Shown here: piece by piece, positions 14,536 through 46,100 of the stretch
Position numbering within the stretch: position 1 is the stretch's first letter
Layout: the number at the start of each line of letters is the position of its first letter
Assembly: GCA_903813345.2 (NCBI GenBank)
Contig: CAIIXF020000001.1
Coordinates: 10,850,001-10,914,000, forward strand
Reading direction: 5' to 3'
Source of the DNA: Owenia fusiformis
Taxonomy: Eukaryota
Length of the DNA stretch: 64,000 nucleotides
Translations under genes and position numbers: made by a program
Notes under the pieces: model-generated
Seen by the model: the letters and a program-made list of their open reading frames with translations, nothing else
Database searches by the model: none
What the model was told of the DNA's origin: nothing

Positions 14536-16323
14536 TTAAAAATAATATACGGGAATGAACCTAAGGAAACAAAGAACTCTAGGAACTACCAATTTTTAAC
14601 AGTGGACGTGTCTTGAGGAAGAAATCGACTCTGGAGCTAATAATTTGGATGTGAAAATTGCCGGTTCTTGCATTTTAATCACTTCTTTACATATTCTTCA
14701 GATTTCTCAGCAACTAGTGGATGGATTGCTACCATTTTGGGTAACTTTGCTCTGTAGTGTTGTTTGAATCAGAATGTCGATTATTGAAAAGATTCCTTAT
14801 GTTTTTACTGGATATATCTAACAATCATTTTCTACAAATTTCAGGAAGCATAAAAAACGACCTCCCTTATACTCTTAATAAGAAGTACACACTCATCGGA
14901 GGGCTTGCCCTACAGACAAGCCCCTGGTTCAACCAGGAAAAATATGGAGTTTAGCAAAATAGGAAAAAACAAAATGATAAGAAGTAAGGAATGAAAAGAT
15001 CAAAAAGAGGAAATTCATTTTTACAATAAATCCAGCTAGATTACTTAGTAAGCCAGGAGTAAATATGATGAGGGTAAAAGAGTTGAATGAAAAAAAATCT
15101 GACAGAAAAATGAAAAAATTATCATAATCTTGTTTGAGCAAATTCATCAACATTTCACCAATCAAAATGAATCAAACTACAATAGAATTGAGAAAATATA
15201 TTCATAATTTGTCTCACCTTTGTTTCTTCTCGACAAAACGTTCAATATTCATCAAATCGGGAGATTTTGTAGCGCTACAAATCAAATTTTGCAAATTTCT
15301 TTTTGACCGGGTTCTGATGACGTCATAGATCTATGTGTACACACTAATTTAGGAATTGGGAAATCCCTAGGAATTCCCACAGTTGTTTCGTTTTGTACAG
15401 TTTACCGGGAGTTTACCCGGCATTCAGAATCATTCATAAAGCATAATTTTCTAATCCTACAATCAAACATATCAAACACTAGAACGTTTTTTTTTGGTGA
15501 TCGATAGCCCCTGAACACAGATTTTTTCAAAATAAAAACACCATCTCGTAGTGTTTTCGTTATACCATTTCTTCTAGAAGAATGATAAAGACAATAAAAA
15601 CATAACGCCATCTGGTAGACCTTTGCGTTACATCTCATTCTTTTTCTTCAGTGGGACTTGGATTATGGATTCCACGTTTTGACACCCACTGACTTTTAAA
15701 AATTAACTGGTACTATCTGATTTATAAAACAGTTTCATGCAACAAAATTTTTCATATTTTTCAAAGATCATTGGCACATATATTGACCTTTATGGAAGAT
15801 AAGCCCCAAACCCAAACCTATAAGAGGATAAGCCTTTTAAAGATACTGTTTGGTGAATTTTAGCACTTTCAGTGTGCTTGAGTCATTTAACAAAAATTTA
15901 TTTGCTTTTAATTTCAATTAATCTTTTTTTAAGGGGGAGGTTGTCAGAAGTGTCGGAAGATGTCTCCCTCCCTCCAGAAAATCATACCATTTAATTTAAA
16001 TGGCAATTTCTGTTTGCTTTCTAAAACATTTTTTTTGGGGGGAGGAGGGTGAGTGGGTTGTTATAGGGGATGTGGTTGCACCAAATGCATCTCTTTTCTC
16101 ACATCTGAAGGGCCTTTCTTGATTGGCAAAAATATTGAATAATGAAAAAAAGTAAGTGCATTAAACATATATTGTAAATCCTGACATCTATCTATGGTGT
16201 TCATTACCAAATTCAACACAATATCACACAAAACTGACTTTTTATGTACAAACATGTATATACTGTATTTATCTTACTTAGAATATGATTACAAGATTTA
16301 ATCAATTCAATGCTGTACATGTA

Positions 16324-16502
16324 CAGTAAAACCTGTATATTATATTAAGTAGAACACCATTTGTACCTTTCAAAGATGTTCAACTTGGGAGGTGTCCAAC
16401 TAATAGTGGTTCATTTAGCATTAAGTCAATTGGTCATTTTCATCAATTGGACTCTGAAAAATGTTCAACTTATGGAAGTGTTCCACTTTGCAGGTTCTAC
16501 TG
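16324..16502. mobile_element. Tc1/pogo-type MITE
   Basis: TA|CAGTAAAACCTG...CAGGTTCTACTG|TA. It shares TAAGTAGAACACC with 1982-2323. Confidence 0.65.
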
Positions 16503-16933
16503 TACATTGAAATAATAATTGGTAGATCATAATATCATAAAAGTCAAATAGTTCATAGGCAGAAGTTTTTACAGTGATTTTACCAAGTTTGGTATGCGTT
16601 ATAATTTCATAATTATAATTTCATTTTTTATAATTTCATTTTCTCTGATCTTTCAATGTTAAAAATCATGCCCACTTACTGACTGACATCATTGTAAAAG
16701 GACATTTTTAATATTTATCATTCACTCAGCCATGCAATATCTCTTTCAAATGCTTGCTTTATTTTATGTTTTTCTAACATTTGCAGTAATCATTGAAAAA
16801 GATTCTGAGATTAACACATACTACAGTCTTTTCACCCCAGACAGATTGTAGAAAAAATAATGTATTAAAAACTAGTTCAGCTTTAAAATGTGGTCATCAG
16901 GCCATACATTGAGAGTCAATGACCAGTTTCACT

Positions 16934-17715
16934 TACTGTACTCCCGGTATATTTCGCATGCGATTTAGTTTTGCGCTTTTCGTGATTGTAGTAAATTCGC
17001 AAAAAATTAATCTTTGTGAAATTGTCAATTGAATCCACTGGGATTTGTGAAATTACCTGGGACTCCATTGTATTTCATGACTCAATGGCGTAGCGTCATA
17101 TACGCATTAAACGCCATGGCGTACTCTCAAAATTTAGAAAACAGTTGATTTTTTATGTTGATTTGCCCCACACTTTAAAAATGGCTAATAATTTACATTC
17201 TATTCGTCCATAATAGTCGGAATTTCGTATTTCAAACGCCCCAGAACGCTTCAAATGCTATCTCATTTTCTTTTTCACTTTCTTTTTTTTTCTTGGGGGG
17301 GACCTCCACCGAACCCCCCTCAAAGCACGTCTATTTCGCTTACTCGCGGCGTACACTCACAAAATACCCACGCTACGCCACTGTGACTTTTACATTTTTT
17401 ACATTTGTCCAGTCTCATTAGGCGATAAATGAGATACTAAGCAACAATATGTCTGTTACAGTTGCTTAATAGATCAAATAAACTGAAAATGACGATGTAA
17501 CAGAGGTTAAGGTGCAACGTACCATTGACCAAGATGTAGTAGTAATTGTAAACTGGTGTACTTACTGTTCATGAGGTAACCTTATTTACAGAGCTTGAGG
17601 ATTCAGAGAATAATGGAATCTAACTTGTGAAATCCGCGAAATTTATTAGTCGCAACATTGTGTTTTCTCAAAATTCACGAAATTAAAACTCGCAAAATTA
17701 ACTGGGAGTACAGTA
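16934..17715. mobile_element. MITE with TACTGTACTCCC/GGGAGTACAGTA ends, carrying a nested element
   Basis: Perfect 12-bp terminal inverted repeat and subterminal TTCGC/GCGAA motifs. Confidence 0.7.
17083..17383. mobile_element. hAT-like MITE with 5-bp TSD
   Basis: CAATGGCGTAGCGT...ACGCTACGCCACTG, flanked by TGACT (17078-17082, 17384-17388). Confidence 0.75.
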
Positions 17716-18188
17716 TATTGGATTTTCCACCAACTTATTATTGCTTTGTAACCACTTAACCAATCATAGGTGACAACATAACATGTTTCCAGAGTGTATT
17801 TCACTACATACATTTAAGAAATATTGTCCCTAATTAACTTTATGCAATCTAGTAAAAGGGGGACACCCCAGAACTCATAGATGACCCTATCTCCAAATTA
17901 AAGGCCCTTTAGAAGTTCATCTATGATTTATGAGGTATTTAGTTTATATTTACATGGGGATAGGGTCACCTATATGAATTCTGGGATATTTCCTCTGCTT
18001 AATGTGAATCAATATCATTGGATTTTAGTGTTGAGCCATTTTCAATAAGATAAACTGGATGAGTTATCTTGTCAGCTGACCACAGAGATACAGTATATCA
18101 GTTCTTAGGCTGCTAAGAATCTATAGATGAATAAACACCTTGGTCGGTCCTATTTACAGATTTATACTTGAACTCCACATTTTGAAAG

Positions 18189-20967
18189 TTAATGCATTCT
18201 CTTAAACTTCTGTTTTATGCCTGTCCTTCTATAGTCGGTTCTCTCTTCTAAATATTCCTCCGTACATTGGGCTACAAAGTCTTTGTCTTTATACCTAAAA
18301 AATGATTTAAATCATTGCTTAAGATATACATATTGTTACAATTTTGAAGATTGAATTAAAGCCTGATTTAAGGTTTATCAAAGTATCTTCTCTAAAAAGT
18401 ACATGTCTGTTTAAAAATGTTTTTGTTATTATTTAGGCCTAGCTCCTGAATAGTAAGTTTACCCCATCTTATTTTGTGTAGATCAAATGTGAAATAAAAC
18501 AATGATCTAACAAAGAATTTGTGCATTTACATTATTAAGTCAACACTGTTTAATGTTTATACTCACCATACTGTTAAACATTCTTGCATTTTGGCATTTT
18601 CTTCTCTACATTTAAATGGAAACAGCAAACCATTGTCTTTTCCACATTTAGAAAATACTGAAAAACAAAATGTTGTAACTTATGTATACAGAGCAAATGA
18701 TTAGTAAATTGAAAGAGGGGAACAAGTTTACATACATGCTATCTCATGTATCTACATGTTTATACCTGCACTTGTTGTCATATTATTGATATATATGTAT
18801 ATGCTCCATACAGGTGAGAGTGTCCCCGGGAATAGGTGATGTACTGTGTAATCATTTCGTACAGTGTAATTGATACATTGGATTACGTCATGAATAAATA
18901 ATCAGTTTAGAACTCAAATCTTGTTATGTAAAGTTGACACTTGTGATTTCATTATTATTGCATAGTCAGTTGGATTTTAAAATTTGGTCTGTTACTATAA
19001 AGTCATTTCAATTCTAGGTTACCTCAAATGTTGTCGCAATAATATATTTATCTAACTTGGGTGCAGCTAGCTTAGATGAGCCAGCTATGTAGAGAAAAAT
19101 GTATTAGCCCTCGTTCAAACTAAAACTGTGAAAATTATGTGCATTAGAAATATAATACCCTCTTTGTTTGGGTTAGTTTTGCCTCATCTATTTAAATTAG
19201 CCTCGTCTATTTTGGATCCAGTTATGTCCCTTTATTTAATAATTGAACAAATGCACAAACTTTCTGAAAATCTTAAAATATATTGAGACAACCTCAGATT
19301 CAAAACCATTTCAATTAAAGAGAAAAACTTTCCTTACCTGCTACTAAATCTGTACATTTTTCTATTCTTGCTTTGTCTCGTACCTTCTTGGGAATAATAA
19401 CCTCAGTTTCCACACGCCGCAAACTTTTATCATCAGGATCGCCTATGTAATAATTAAAACAATGTACGTTTTTCAATAATTCAATTTTATTCATGTAAAT
19501 GTACTTAATAAACACTTGGTAGATATCAATAAATTTGTTAATTTTCTGGGCATAAGTTGTGAAGGAAATTGTAAGGATGATTGTACAAAATTCACATTTT
19601 AAGGATTTTGTACATGAATCTATGATGTGGTATATATCACAGTACAGTGTTTGTGGTGTGGTACATGTTTTAAATCTCATAAGAGTGGTATGGCCAAAGG
19701 TATAAATATAGATGAATGGGAAAAAGAAGACTACCCTTCTGGCTACAGTTCAACAAGGAGGATTTGATCCCAGGGAAACAACTCAATAGTTCCAAACAAT
19801 GACTCCAATTTAGAACGATGTCATAATTTTCACTTTAAATATTGAATCGTGAGTTTTGGTCTATGTCTATGTTAATAATCTGCAAAAGGCTATAAAGCCC
19901 ATATAAAGCAGATATATAATCTAACAGTGATAGAATTTGAATAGAATATAATTTAAAACCTTAACATTTAAAAATAGATCTATGGTTTACAACTCAAGTA
20001 CTTCAGCGCCCCAATACTTGCACGTAATGATGATAATGATGTATGACATAGCCTAGTTAGAGAACAAAAGTAAGCCCCGGATCAACTTAATTTGTGTTTC
20101 AAAGGTAACTATTATTCAGCTGTCCATTTCTCCGTTGGAGAGCCATAAGTTTCAAAATCTAACATAGCTCTCGAAGTGAGTACAGTGCTGATATAAAATA
20201 ATAAAGGGTGCGTTTTCAAAGTGATTTTACCATTTTGGTAGAAGTTACACTGAAACGCAAACTCCATGAAACCAAACGAAATCACTAGAAAGAACCATGG
20301 CACACACTGTGCGCAGCAAAGTTTAAACCAATCAGATCATTAGATTATTTTGCGCACATGAATTATTTGCTTCTGAGCACTTACCATAAAAGCTAACCAC
20401 AATAAACAAACCTGGCAGAGACTATCCTTACTTCATTTTAGCAAAATTTCAGCCCAAACTTGTGACAAATGCATTATGCATACGCTGGTATGAAGCCTTT
20501 GAGTCACACATTTTGGTAAATATGACTTATGGTGTGTACTTTTCTGCAGATTATATAAGTTATATAAGTCTGAATATTTTCATTTCAAATTTCAAAACAA
20601 TCTCAGACTAGGGGATATAGTCTAATAGATACTTCCTTGGACAAGAAAAAAAACCGTGAAGGACCTAAAATGTAGAGAATATAGTCTAACCCAAACCTTG
20701 ATACAACGTCCTGTGAACGAGATTGCATTTTGTGATCCAATCCTCCTTGAGAAGAAAAAATATTTTTGAGAAGGAATGGGCGATAATAGAGAAATATTTT
20801 ATTCATTCAAACATATCTTCAAAAAACGGGAGTAAATAGATATGTCATTGCGTCTCTATATATTCAATAACAATCTTAACGCAATGCACTAAAACAATGT
20901 TACCTAGACCGTGTGGTCCGCCAGATAAACTCCCTGGAAGAACACCTTTTTCTTCTTTCTCCGACAT
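18189..20967 (-). CDS. CMC1: CMC1, COX assembly mitochondrial twin-CX9C protein (4 exons, 121 aa)
   Basis: Exons 20967-20904, 19442-19338, 18657-18567, 18294-18189, all GT-AG with matching phases. Protein: MSEKEEKGVLPGSLSGGPHGLGDPDDKSLRRVETEVIIPKKVRDKARIEKCTDLVAVFSKCGKDNGLLFPFKCREENAKMQECLTVWYKDKDFVAQCTEEYLEERTDYRRTGIKQKFKRMH*. It has two CX9C motifs plus the LRxVExEVxIPK and EYLxERxxxRxTGI motifs typical of CMC1. Confidence 0.93.
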
Positions 20968-20969
20968 TG

Positions 20970-23900
20970 AAGACCTCTTGCACACACTATGAAACTGCAC
21001 GTACTTCTCATGATTCCTTCTCAAACTAAAAACACAGTTAAAATAACTACAATGATTTTCATTTATGCTCGAGATTTCGACAAGGAATACCAAATCTTAT
21101 CATTAAACCAAGGGCGTTACAATACCCGGGAATTTATCGGTTCGTGCAGTACTTGTTTGTGATAGCGCCCTCTGTAGGTCACTGTGCTTATAGCCTACAG
21201 TAATACGGGGTAGGATATCGGGAATTCGGTCAGTTTCTATCCGTCGATTTCGCTATGAATTGAAGCAAGTGTGACCACTTTATCCACTTAAACAATTTGA
21301 TAACTGATTAAATATTTAAACAAAATCGATAAACACGTTATACACTTCCTATCTCCTTAGAAATTAGCATGTATTTATGGATTGTGTTTTCGAACAAGGC
21401 TCGACCCAAACCAATAGGGAAATCCTTATGCTAATTAGTATGACGTCATATTTTCCTGGGGAATCCTAGATTTCAAAGCCTCAGTCTGTTATTGTGTCAA
21501 ATGTAAACGCTCTTTTGCAGACAGAAAATTGACAGATTAGCTTTTAACTTTCAGCTTTGATGTTTAAATATTCTGTATTTCTACCGGACTTCTTGCTGAA
21601 TATCATATAATGTTATAACTTGATTTGGATCATTGCCTGATTGCTCATTCTGAAATTTTGATTGTGATTCATGATTGATTGGCAAGAAAAATAATTCCTA
21701 TTGTTTTCCAGCGAAGTCAAAATGTTACAGCATGAGTTATAATGTCGAGTTTGCATCATGTTAAATTCTGCTAGTGATTAGAAGTCCATGCACAAGCATA
21801 CACATCGAAGAGACAAACACACCCAGGCTTCAGGCCGTGGATGGAAATATAAAACTATTTAAGGCACAAACTGGTATTAATAAACCGATATGTAGTGTCT
21901 GCCATGTATTGAAGGTAAACCAATCTGCATTATTAATGTTTCTTCTATCAATACATGGATTGTGCAATGGAAAAGCAATGGCACAATCAAAAATGTGCAT
22001 ATCAATCGTGAATATCTCTCGGTTCAAAGCTTATTTCCAACAGAATCGTGTCAAAATATGTGTCTGAGTAACAGTTATACATTATTACATCGCAAACTCT
22101 TACCAATTATCAGCCGAATGGCTCATTTTCAACGAAATGTCCTTAAGACAACAGCCCTGGGTCGCGCCTGAGACCAAAAACCATTTCAAATAGCCCTCCC
22201 CTAATTATATTGGATAATCACATTTATGCCTGCGCGCGCAGCTCATCCACTGAACGAAACGCCACTTCCCGCTGAAATCACCGGGTATTGATCTTTCCCT
22301 TGATTAAACGTGCTATTTGGGTAAGGTGTGTCTCAAATTAAAGGGGTCTCCAATCCCACAATTCCAAGTTCAGACATTTTGTAAAAAGTGAGACCGAAAA
22401 CTTTTCTTTGCATTTTCACTTATAACTCGGTAAGTATAGAAACTTTGGTAGTTTACTATTAAATAATAAAATAAACTATTCATATCTATTATTTTGACAT
22501 GTTGAATGTATGCGTTTTCTTCACATGACTTCTTCTTTTTCACTCAAAAAGTATCAATTTATTTTGCAAGTCACCTGCCTCAGTGCTTGGACTGAAGGCT
22601 ACTCTCTAAAAACTTTGGTGTCAGACGATCAAAAAATCCATTTGGCCTTATTCTTAAGTTTTTCCTCCATATATATTAAGTTTTGCCGATGCCTTATCTA
22701 GCTTCTATGAGCTCTGACGTCATTTGACCATCGGATAGGAAGGTATTTAGAGTATAGTTGTCTTACCATAATCACTATGTGCACTGTGTGGCCATACTCG
22801 ATAAACGATACTTCATTTGTTGTATTATACTTGACTTTATATGGGCTGTTTGATTTCTTGATATTGATGTAAATATAATAAAACATACCTTCATACCCAA
22901 TTCTAGCTCATATTTCCGTCTACATTGGTTCTTGTGGAAGTTCCCAACACTGTTCACAACAGGTAGTACTGAAGGAGAATCTAGTACAAGGATTCCAGTG
23001 AAATCGTTGTCCCTCAAGGAACTGTGCATGCAACACTCTGCTTCTTAGTCTATATCAATGATTTATCAATGAATTATCACCAACAACTAGCCTCAAACTA
23101 TTTGCAGATGACAGCCTCCTTTTCATGTTTGTCGAGAACTAACAAGATGCACTTACACTCCAGGATGACCTTGACAAACTGGTCTCCTGGGCAATTACAT
23201 GGCAAATGAAATTCCATCCCCAAAATGCTATATGTATTGATTATCTACACATAAATCCCCCATCACACACAAGTGCACTATGTTTGAGGAAGAATTGAAA
23301 TTTGTGACTTACATTCCATGAGGAAGGTAACGAGGATTTTGGTTTCATGTCTATTACCGTATCATCATCCTCCTAAGCAGGTGTCCAGAATCCGTAACTC
23401 CTTCTTCCCCCTGCTATAACCAATTTTGACGCACCCGATTTAACTGAATCATGTGATCTAATTATGCGCAATGACTTATACATGATTCCTGTCGCAGTGT
23501 TGCGACAGCCAATCAGATTGCGAGTTCTTAATCGGGGAAATGGTAACTGCTTATCGCAGGGGGTAAAAAGAAAGAATATGTTCTGGATTTTGAAGTCCTG
23601 TGTTCGAAGGTTGCCGTATCATACATTTCCATTTATCTCCCTTAAGCGGTGGAAGATATTATTGAACTATGGCGCCCACACAGGGGGGATTAACCCCAGT
23701 GTTCAAAGATGACAGACGCTTATTATGTAAACCTGTATAGAGATGACATACACCTCTGATTGGTCCAAATCGATAAACAAAAATGGCGGATTCAAAATTT
23801 TCTAATAACACTTACAATAAAATTATGTTAATTCCTGGCTTGTCTACCCATATCATAGCTTGTTATTTCACATCAAGACAAAGAAAGATGTAAGGATCAT

Positions 23901-24545
23901 GCTTACATCAATTAAAACATCACAACGACTTGTTATATTCGAAAACTAACTGGTGAGAATTTGCGCAAACAAAGGTGGTACGCAAGAGATGTAACATGTC
24001 AGTCATCGCTAAAGCTCTGGGACTTTTCCCCCTCTTCCGCCTACACATGATACCATGGTATATGAACAAATTATCATACTCCATAGTTCCCATAGTTCCC
24101 ATAGTTCATATAAGTTGGATTTACTTCAAATAACAAAAAATCAATTATAAAATAAAAAAATGAAATCGACACTTACCGTCTGCCATCTTATAAATGCAAA
24201 GGTAATGGCCATTACCTTCGCTTGACACGACCATTGTGATTTGTGTATGTATCGACATTCTGACCTGTTTTTTAATTGTTTAAATAATTGAATTCTGGTC
24301 CTTGAATTGATAGATGACTAATGAATCCCAGTGCAATTCTAAATTCAAAAATATGAATTGGTGCCCTCTTGTATGTTAATGATCTTTTGCGATGTATTCT
24401 TGAAGCATCTCAAAACTGACTTGGTCTAAACTCTCTGGAGACCCAAGTTTTAATCCCCTGTCACCCTAATCAGTCTTTGTTTCACCTTCTCACCCATTAT
24501 TGTAAAGAATTCTATGATAATGGTGTCTCTTTTACTTTCAGCCAG
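20970..24545. promoter_or_regulatory. Divergent CMC1/PSMD14 promoter region
   Basis: Lies between head-to-head start codons and is locally CpG-richer. Motifs: CTCF-like site 21163-21178; TGACGTCA at 21441; GCGCGCGC and CACTTCC at ~22232-22270 followed by a + donor GG|GTAAGG at 22321; CCAAT, ATCGATA and YY1-like AAAATGGCGG at ~23757-23789. The TSSs cannot be determined from sequence. Confidence 0.45.
22955..23300 (+). mobile_element. Degenerate non-LTR retrotransposon (CR1/L2-like) reverse-transcriptase fragment
   Basis: Frameshifted RT motifs in the correct order: VPQGTV (23009), FLVYINDL (23042), LFADD (23098), then LQDDLDKLVSWAITWQMKFHP ending near 23220. Confidence 0.85.
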
Positions 24546-42835
<18,290 letters not shown>

Positions 42836-43111
42836 AATAACTCTCAATACAGACTAGTGGAATAGATGAACATAATATGTAGACCATCACATATTTCTTA
42901 AAACATCTCAGACAGAGAAATTGTACTGAAATGCCACATTTTGTCAAATCTGAACTATTGGATACTGTATACACAGATTGGTACTGTTCAAACCCTTTGT
43001 GACCTGCATCATTGCTAGTGAAAGGTCTGCAGAGTACCTGTATTGTCTCCACTGATGTAAACATGTTGAACTCAACATCCTTCAATGTGCTAGGAGGAGC
43101 ATTTTGTTCAA

Positions 43112-46100
43112 ATTCTGATGCAAAATTAATCAGTCGCCTCTCTTAGATCTCCTTTAAGTACTAGAACTTAGTACAAAGTCAACTTAACGGCTTGTATCAT
43201 TTTGAATTGATTTTGCCTTAAACATCTTATATGGGGACCAGTCAATGCTATTTTGCATTTTCATATTTAGCTAAGTATTCTGTACATCTGACAGTACATG
43301 TTTTGAAGCTGACCTTTTCACTGAAACTGGTTTTCCATTAAATATGAGTCTCCAAATGATACCTTATTTGCTTTTGATTCCATAAGTTGAATATATTTCA
43401 AGGGTGATAAAATTCTCCATTGTGACTGAGATATTGCATAGACTCACACACTGTACATGTTACGACTGAAAAAGACAATAAACACAGGTGTAATATATTA
43501 TATAATACATGTTTTATTTATTCCTGTTATAATTTATATAATTACATACAAGTTTCACATGTGCCACATGGGAATAAGGTCTGAAATGACAAATAAATTA
43601 CTGTTGGCAAAAATAATGATTGTTATACTAAATTACCAGTACTTATTGATCACCCCTCGTATATTTTTGCTATTTTATAACTACACAATTGGTCAAAATA
43701 AAAAAAATAGTGTTTTAAATGAGATTTTTTTTAAAATTATGATCATTTAAGTGCCTTCAATTTGCATAAATGGAAAATATTTGAAAATTGATGTGAATTC
43801 CCCGTTTTTTCCAAGATACCTATTGAGAAACATAGTTTTAAATGATGAACATTTCTATGTGTAAAATCATCTCCCCATATATTTCCCATCAAATAAGAAA
43901 TAATATTTAAGAAATTGCCTTCACTGACTAATGGATGGAACTTCATCTGTTGGAATAATCAAAATGTCAATAAGCAAGATTACTCATTCATTCCTGAAAC
44001 ATTAGTGTGATACATAACATACAGAAATTATATCCTATTATTTATAACACTGAATCTCAAGGCATTGTCATGGTTGTCTTAATTACTGTTACCTCCTAAG
44101 AGTAACTAGGAATCAAATTCATTTCCGGGAATAAGTAATTAATTAAAGTGAGAACACACACCCGAGTCCTTTTTCATATTTCTAGGAAATAATAGATGAT
44201 CTTTAACAAAAGTGGAATTAACAATTTTTCAATTTTCATTTTTTAATTATTGAAAGCCATGCATCATAAAAATAATATGGACATTTATGGCCCATCAGAA
44301 TTTGGCTCAATTGTGAGGATAATGTATACATTGTACAATACTTTATGTAGTGTACTGGAATATTTTTATGTCTGATAATCGTTGTCTATGAATTAATTTG
44401 TCTGCTGTATCCATATTTCACTTTCAAACTTTAAAGAACAAAGTGAGATGTTAACTAATAATTAAAGTCCAAATACTACGAAAAATTTTAAAATGATCAT
44501 CAATCATATGTATGATATAAATAAATGTGCATGACTTGTACAGATGTAACATTTAGATACACATCTGTAATTATAAATTACTGAAATAATTTGTTCAAAA
44601 TAACCTCATAGATATTCTCATTTAAACCACATTATTGCTACCATGCTTGTGTAATTCAAACAAATGACACAATTTAATCACCCTATGCAGACAGAGCCTG
44701 TGGGAAATATTGGGTGCGGCGCAAATGAGCGGAGGGTGCGGAGCTAACGGTCATTTTTGAATTTAAAATTGGGATATTTCTGAAACTAAGCCGTTTTGGG
44801 ACTTCAAATATACCAAGATATGTGTATTTGACACCAAATATCAATAAAATTGTGAAAATAGTAGTGCAATTCATTTTATAGCGACGCAGTATGCCTTAAA
44901 CATTTCCCAGACCTATATATTTTGAGACTATCCTTTTAATACTGCGTCCCCAGCATTCATAAAAAATGGTGTTCAAGATACACTACCCATGCAAATTATT
45001 TTTGCATCTTGGAAGCCAGGCAGTATCTGTGTGATTTTATAAAAATTCGGAAATGTTCTTCAGATATGAGCCCCTCTAAATATTGGGTGCGGAGCTACGT
45101 TTATGGAGCTGCTCCGCATTCTGATGCAAAATTAATCAGTCGCCTCTCTTAGATCTCCTTTAAGTACTAGAACTTAGTACAAAGTCAACTTAACGGCTTG
45201 TATCATTTTGAATTGATTTTGCCTTAAACATCTTATATGGGGACCAGTCAATGCTATTTTGCATTTTCATATTTAGCTAAGTATTCTGTACATCTGACAG
45301 TACATGTTTTGAAGCTGACCTTTTCACTGAAACTGGTTTTCCATTAAATATGAGTCTCCAAATGATACCTTATTTGCTTTTGATTCCATAAGTTGAATAT
45401 ATTTCAAGGGTGATAAAATTCTCCATTGTGACTGAGATATTGCATAGACTCACACACTGTACATGTTACGACTGAAAAAGACAATAAACACAGGTGTAAT
45501 ATATTATATAATACATGTTTTATTTATTCCTGTTATAATTTATATAATTACATACAAGTTTCACATGTGCCACATGGGAATAAGGTCTGAAATGACAAAT
45601 AAATTACTGTTGGCAAAAATAATGATTGTTATACTAAATTACCAGTACTTATTGATCACCCCTCGTATATTTTTGCTATTTTATAACTACACAATTGGTC
45701 AAAATAAAAAAAATAGTGTTTTAAATGAGATTTTTTTTAAAATTATGATCATTTAAGTGCCTTCAATTTGCATAAATGGAAAATATTTGAAAATTGATGT
45801 GAATTCCCCGTTTTTTCCAAGATACCTATTGAGAAACATAGTTTTAAATGATGAACATTTCTATGTGTAAAATCATCTCCCCATATATTTCCCATCAAAT
45901 AAGAAATAATATTTAAGAAATTGCCTTCACTGACTAATGGATGGAACTTCATCTGTTGGAATAATCAAAATGTCAATAAGCAAGATTACTCATTCATTCC
46001 TGAAACATTAGTGTGATACATAACATACAGAAATTATATCCTATTATTTATAACACTGAATCTCAAGGCATTGTCATGGTTGTCTTAATTACTGTTACCT

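Noticed and set aside
15318-21470. CRE (TGACGTCA) plus NF-kB-like GGGAAATCCC clusters at ~15318-15380 and ~21415-21470
   Set aside because: These short motifs are also common inside MITE-derived sequence, so function cannot be supported from sequence alone.
21774-22171. Overlapping 65-97 aa ORFs between CMC1 and PSMD14
   Set aside because: No domain, no coherent splice structure, and lengths compatible with chance.
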